64,000 nt of DNA, taken from the NCBI RefSeq assembly GCF_009834535.1, contig NC_045698.1, positions 13,580,001-13,644,000 of the forward strand, written 5' to 3'. The position numbers and the translations under genes are program-made. The notes beneath the pieces were generated by a model. That model was not told the origin of the DNA. It ran no database searches and saw only the letters and a list, made by a program, of their open reading frames with translations. This document shows, in pieces, positions 62,745-64,000 of the stretch. Position 1 is the first letter of the stretch. The number at the start of each line of letters is the position of its first letter. The DNA comes from Camelus ferus. Taxonomy: Eukaryota.

Positions 62745-62880
62745 ATTTATTTATTCAGTGTTGCTTTTATTCATCTAATAAATATTGAAATATTTCTTAT
62801 ATATAAGACACTAGGAAGGTATATAAAGATGGAGAGAATAGGGCTCTTTCTCTCTAAGGAACTACAATGTATTAAAAAAG
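62745..62880 (-). mobile_element. L2 3' end
   Basis: tttattcatctaataaatattga...tataagacactagg...aaagatgg...ctctctaaggaactacaatgta. Confidence 0.65.
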
Positions 62881-62904
62881 GAAGCAAAAATAATTATTTA
62901 CACT

Positions 62905-63115
62905 GAAATGTTTTACAGGCTACACATTCTTTTAAAACAATGTCTCATTTAATTGTTATAAGGGTCCTGTGGATGTCAGGTACTTATCATTCTCCCTAGT
63001 GTACATACAACGAAGCTAAGACTGGTAAAATGGGCCCCACGTACAATTACACAGAGACTGGCAGCGCCGAGAATACTAAAACAATGTTTTAACGTCATGA
63101 CACCATACCGTGCAG
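62905..63115 (-). mobile_element. MIR SINE fragment
   Basis: tgtctcatttaattgttataagggtcctgtgg...ggtacttatcattctccc...gaagctaagact. Confidence 0.6.
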
Positions 63116-63944
63116 TCTTGTCTCAACAATGCTTACATCAGGACCCCAATTATTGGCGAAGAAATAAATTCAGATTCTCGATAATTAAGCTATGCTTTTG
63201 AGGTTCTCTATTAATCAGACAAGGCAGAATTTATAGAGAAGAAATATTTTATAATGCCTTCACTGCACACACTCTTGTTTACAATTTCATATCCAATATA
63301 TTAATTCCTTATTTCCTTTTATTGCAATCTATAAATAAAGCCTTAAATATTTAAGTACAACAGTAGCTAGAAATGTAGTTAATATTCGCAATATGGATGC
63401 CAACTCATTTCTCTTCTTGTCAGCGTTGAATTAAACACCAAAGAAATGTATTATTTATAGCCTAAGGGAAAATCCTGCACTGCTGTAACTTTTAGCAATG
63501 TTTCCATTAACCAGCTAGGTGCTCTGTGGGATGATTTTGTGTACAAACTCAACACCATCACACCTCCCCTGACACTTTTTTTTAAGATAATGAGACCGTA
63601 TGAAAGAAAAAGCAAATATGTTCTGGGAGGGAATTCATTGTTTTTTCAAGAGCCTAGTGATTGATTTCATGAACTGCTTCTAGCATTAATCCAGAGAATA
63701 GTTAATGAAAAGCTTTTTGTTTCAAGGAATTTTCAGTTTTATGGAGTTAACTGGAAGTAAAATTTTTTTAACTTCTTATTACTGAGGCTAGTAAATACAC
63801 AATGCATTTTGTTTATATTAATGTCTCCAGTTAGTTCAATAACTGTGATATAATTGATTTGGGGATAAGTAGTCATTCCCACCAATAATTCAATGGCTTT
63901 ATGTACTTCTAGAAATAATTAAAAACATAGTAACACAAGAGTGT

Positions 63945-64000
63945 CATCATTATTGTGGGGGGAGTAATGAGGCTTATTTATTCATTTTTAATGGAGGTGC
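63945..64000 (-). mobile_element. Vic-1-like SINE 3' part, cut by the window edge
   Basis: ggggggagtaatgaggcttatttattcatttttaatggaggtgc matches the same segment of the SINEs at 8428 and 45003. Confidence 0.75.

Noticed and set aside
1..64000. Prokaryote-style systems (CRISPR array, operon, defence island) or an intact gene
   Set aside because: No regularly spaced repeat-spacer array and no ORF longer than 143 aa. The repeat content is unmistakably mammalian.
1..64000. Inferring host-gene orientation from retroelement strand bias
   Set aside because: Younger L1 and SINE copies occur on both strands (about 4 plus, 7 minus), too few to infer an intron or its direction.

Overview
AT-rich, CpG-depleted mammalian genomic DNA that appears intergenic or deep intronic. 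It is most likely from a camelid (alpaca, llama or camel), judged by four copies of a short tRNA-derived SINE resembling camelid Vic-1 and by lineage-type L1 3' ends. I recognise no intact protein-coding gene, RNA gene, CRISPR array or prokaryote-style system. The ORF-track entries are chance ORFs or decayed L1 ORF2 remnants. Much of the window is a layered record of transposons: old L2/MIR/L1M, hAT MITEs (MER5A, MER53, MER58A, MER103C), MaLR/ERVL/ERV1 solo LTRs, and younger L1 and SINE insertions with visible target-site duplications. Family names come from recalled consensus sequences and most boundaries are approximate. I did not find an exciting new biological system. The best leads are modest: a candidate minus-strand exon at 30128-30234; a 74-bp inverted L1 patch probably copied from a neighbouring L1 into the homologous position of another L1; an L1 insertion with no tail or TSD; a MER53 hairpin carrying a miR-1302-like sequence; and several unique, motif-dense segments that may be regulatory.
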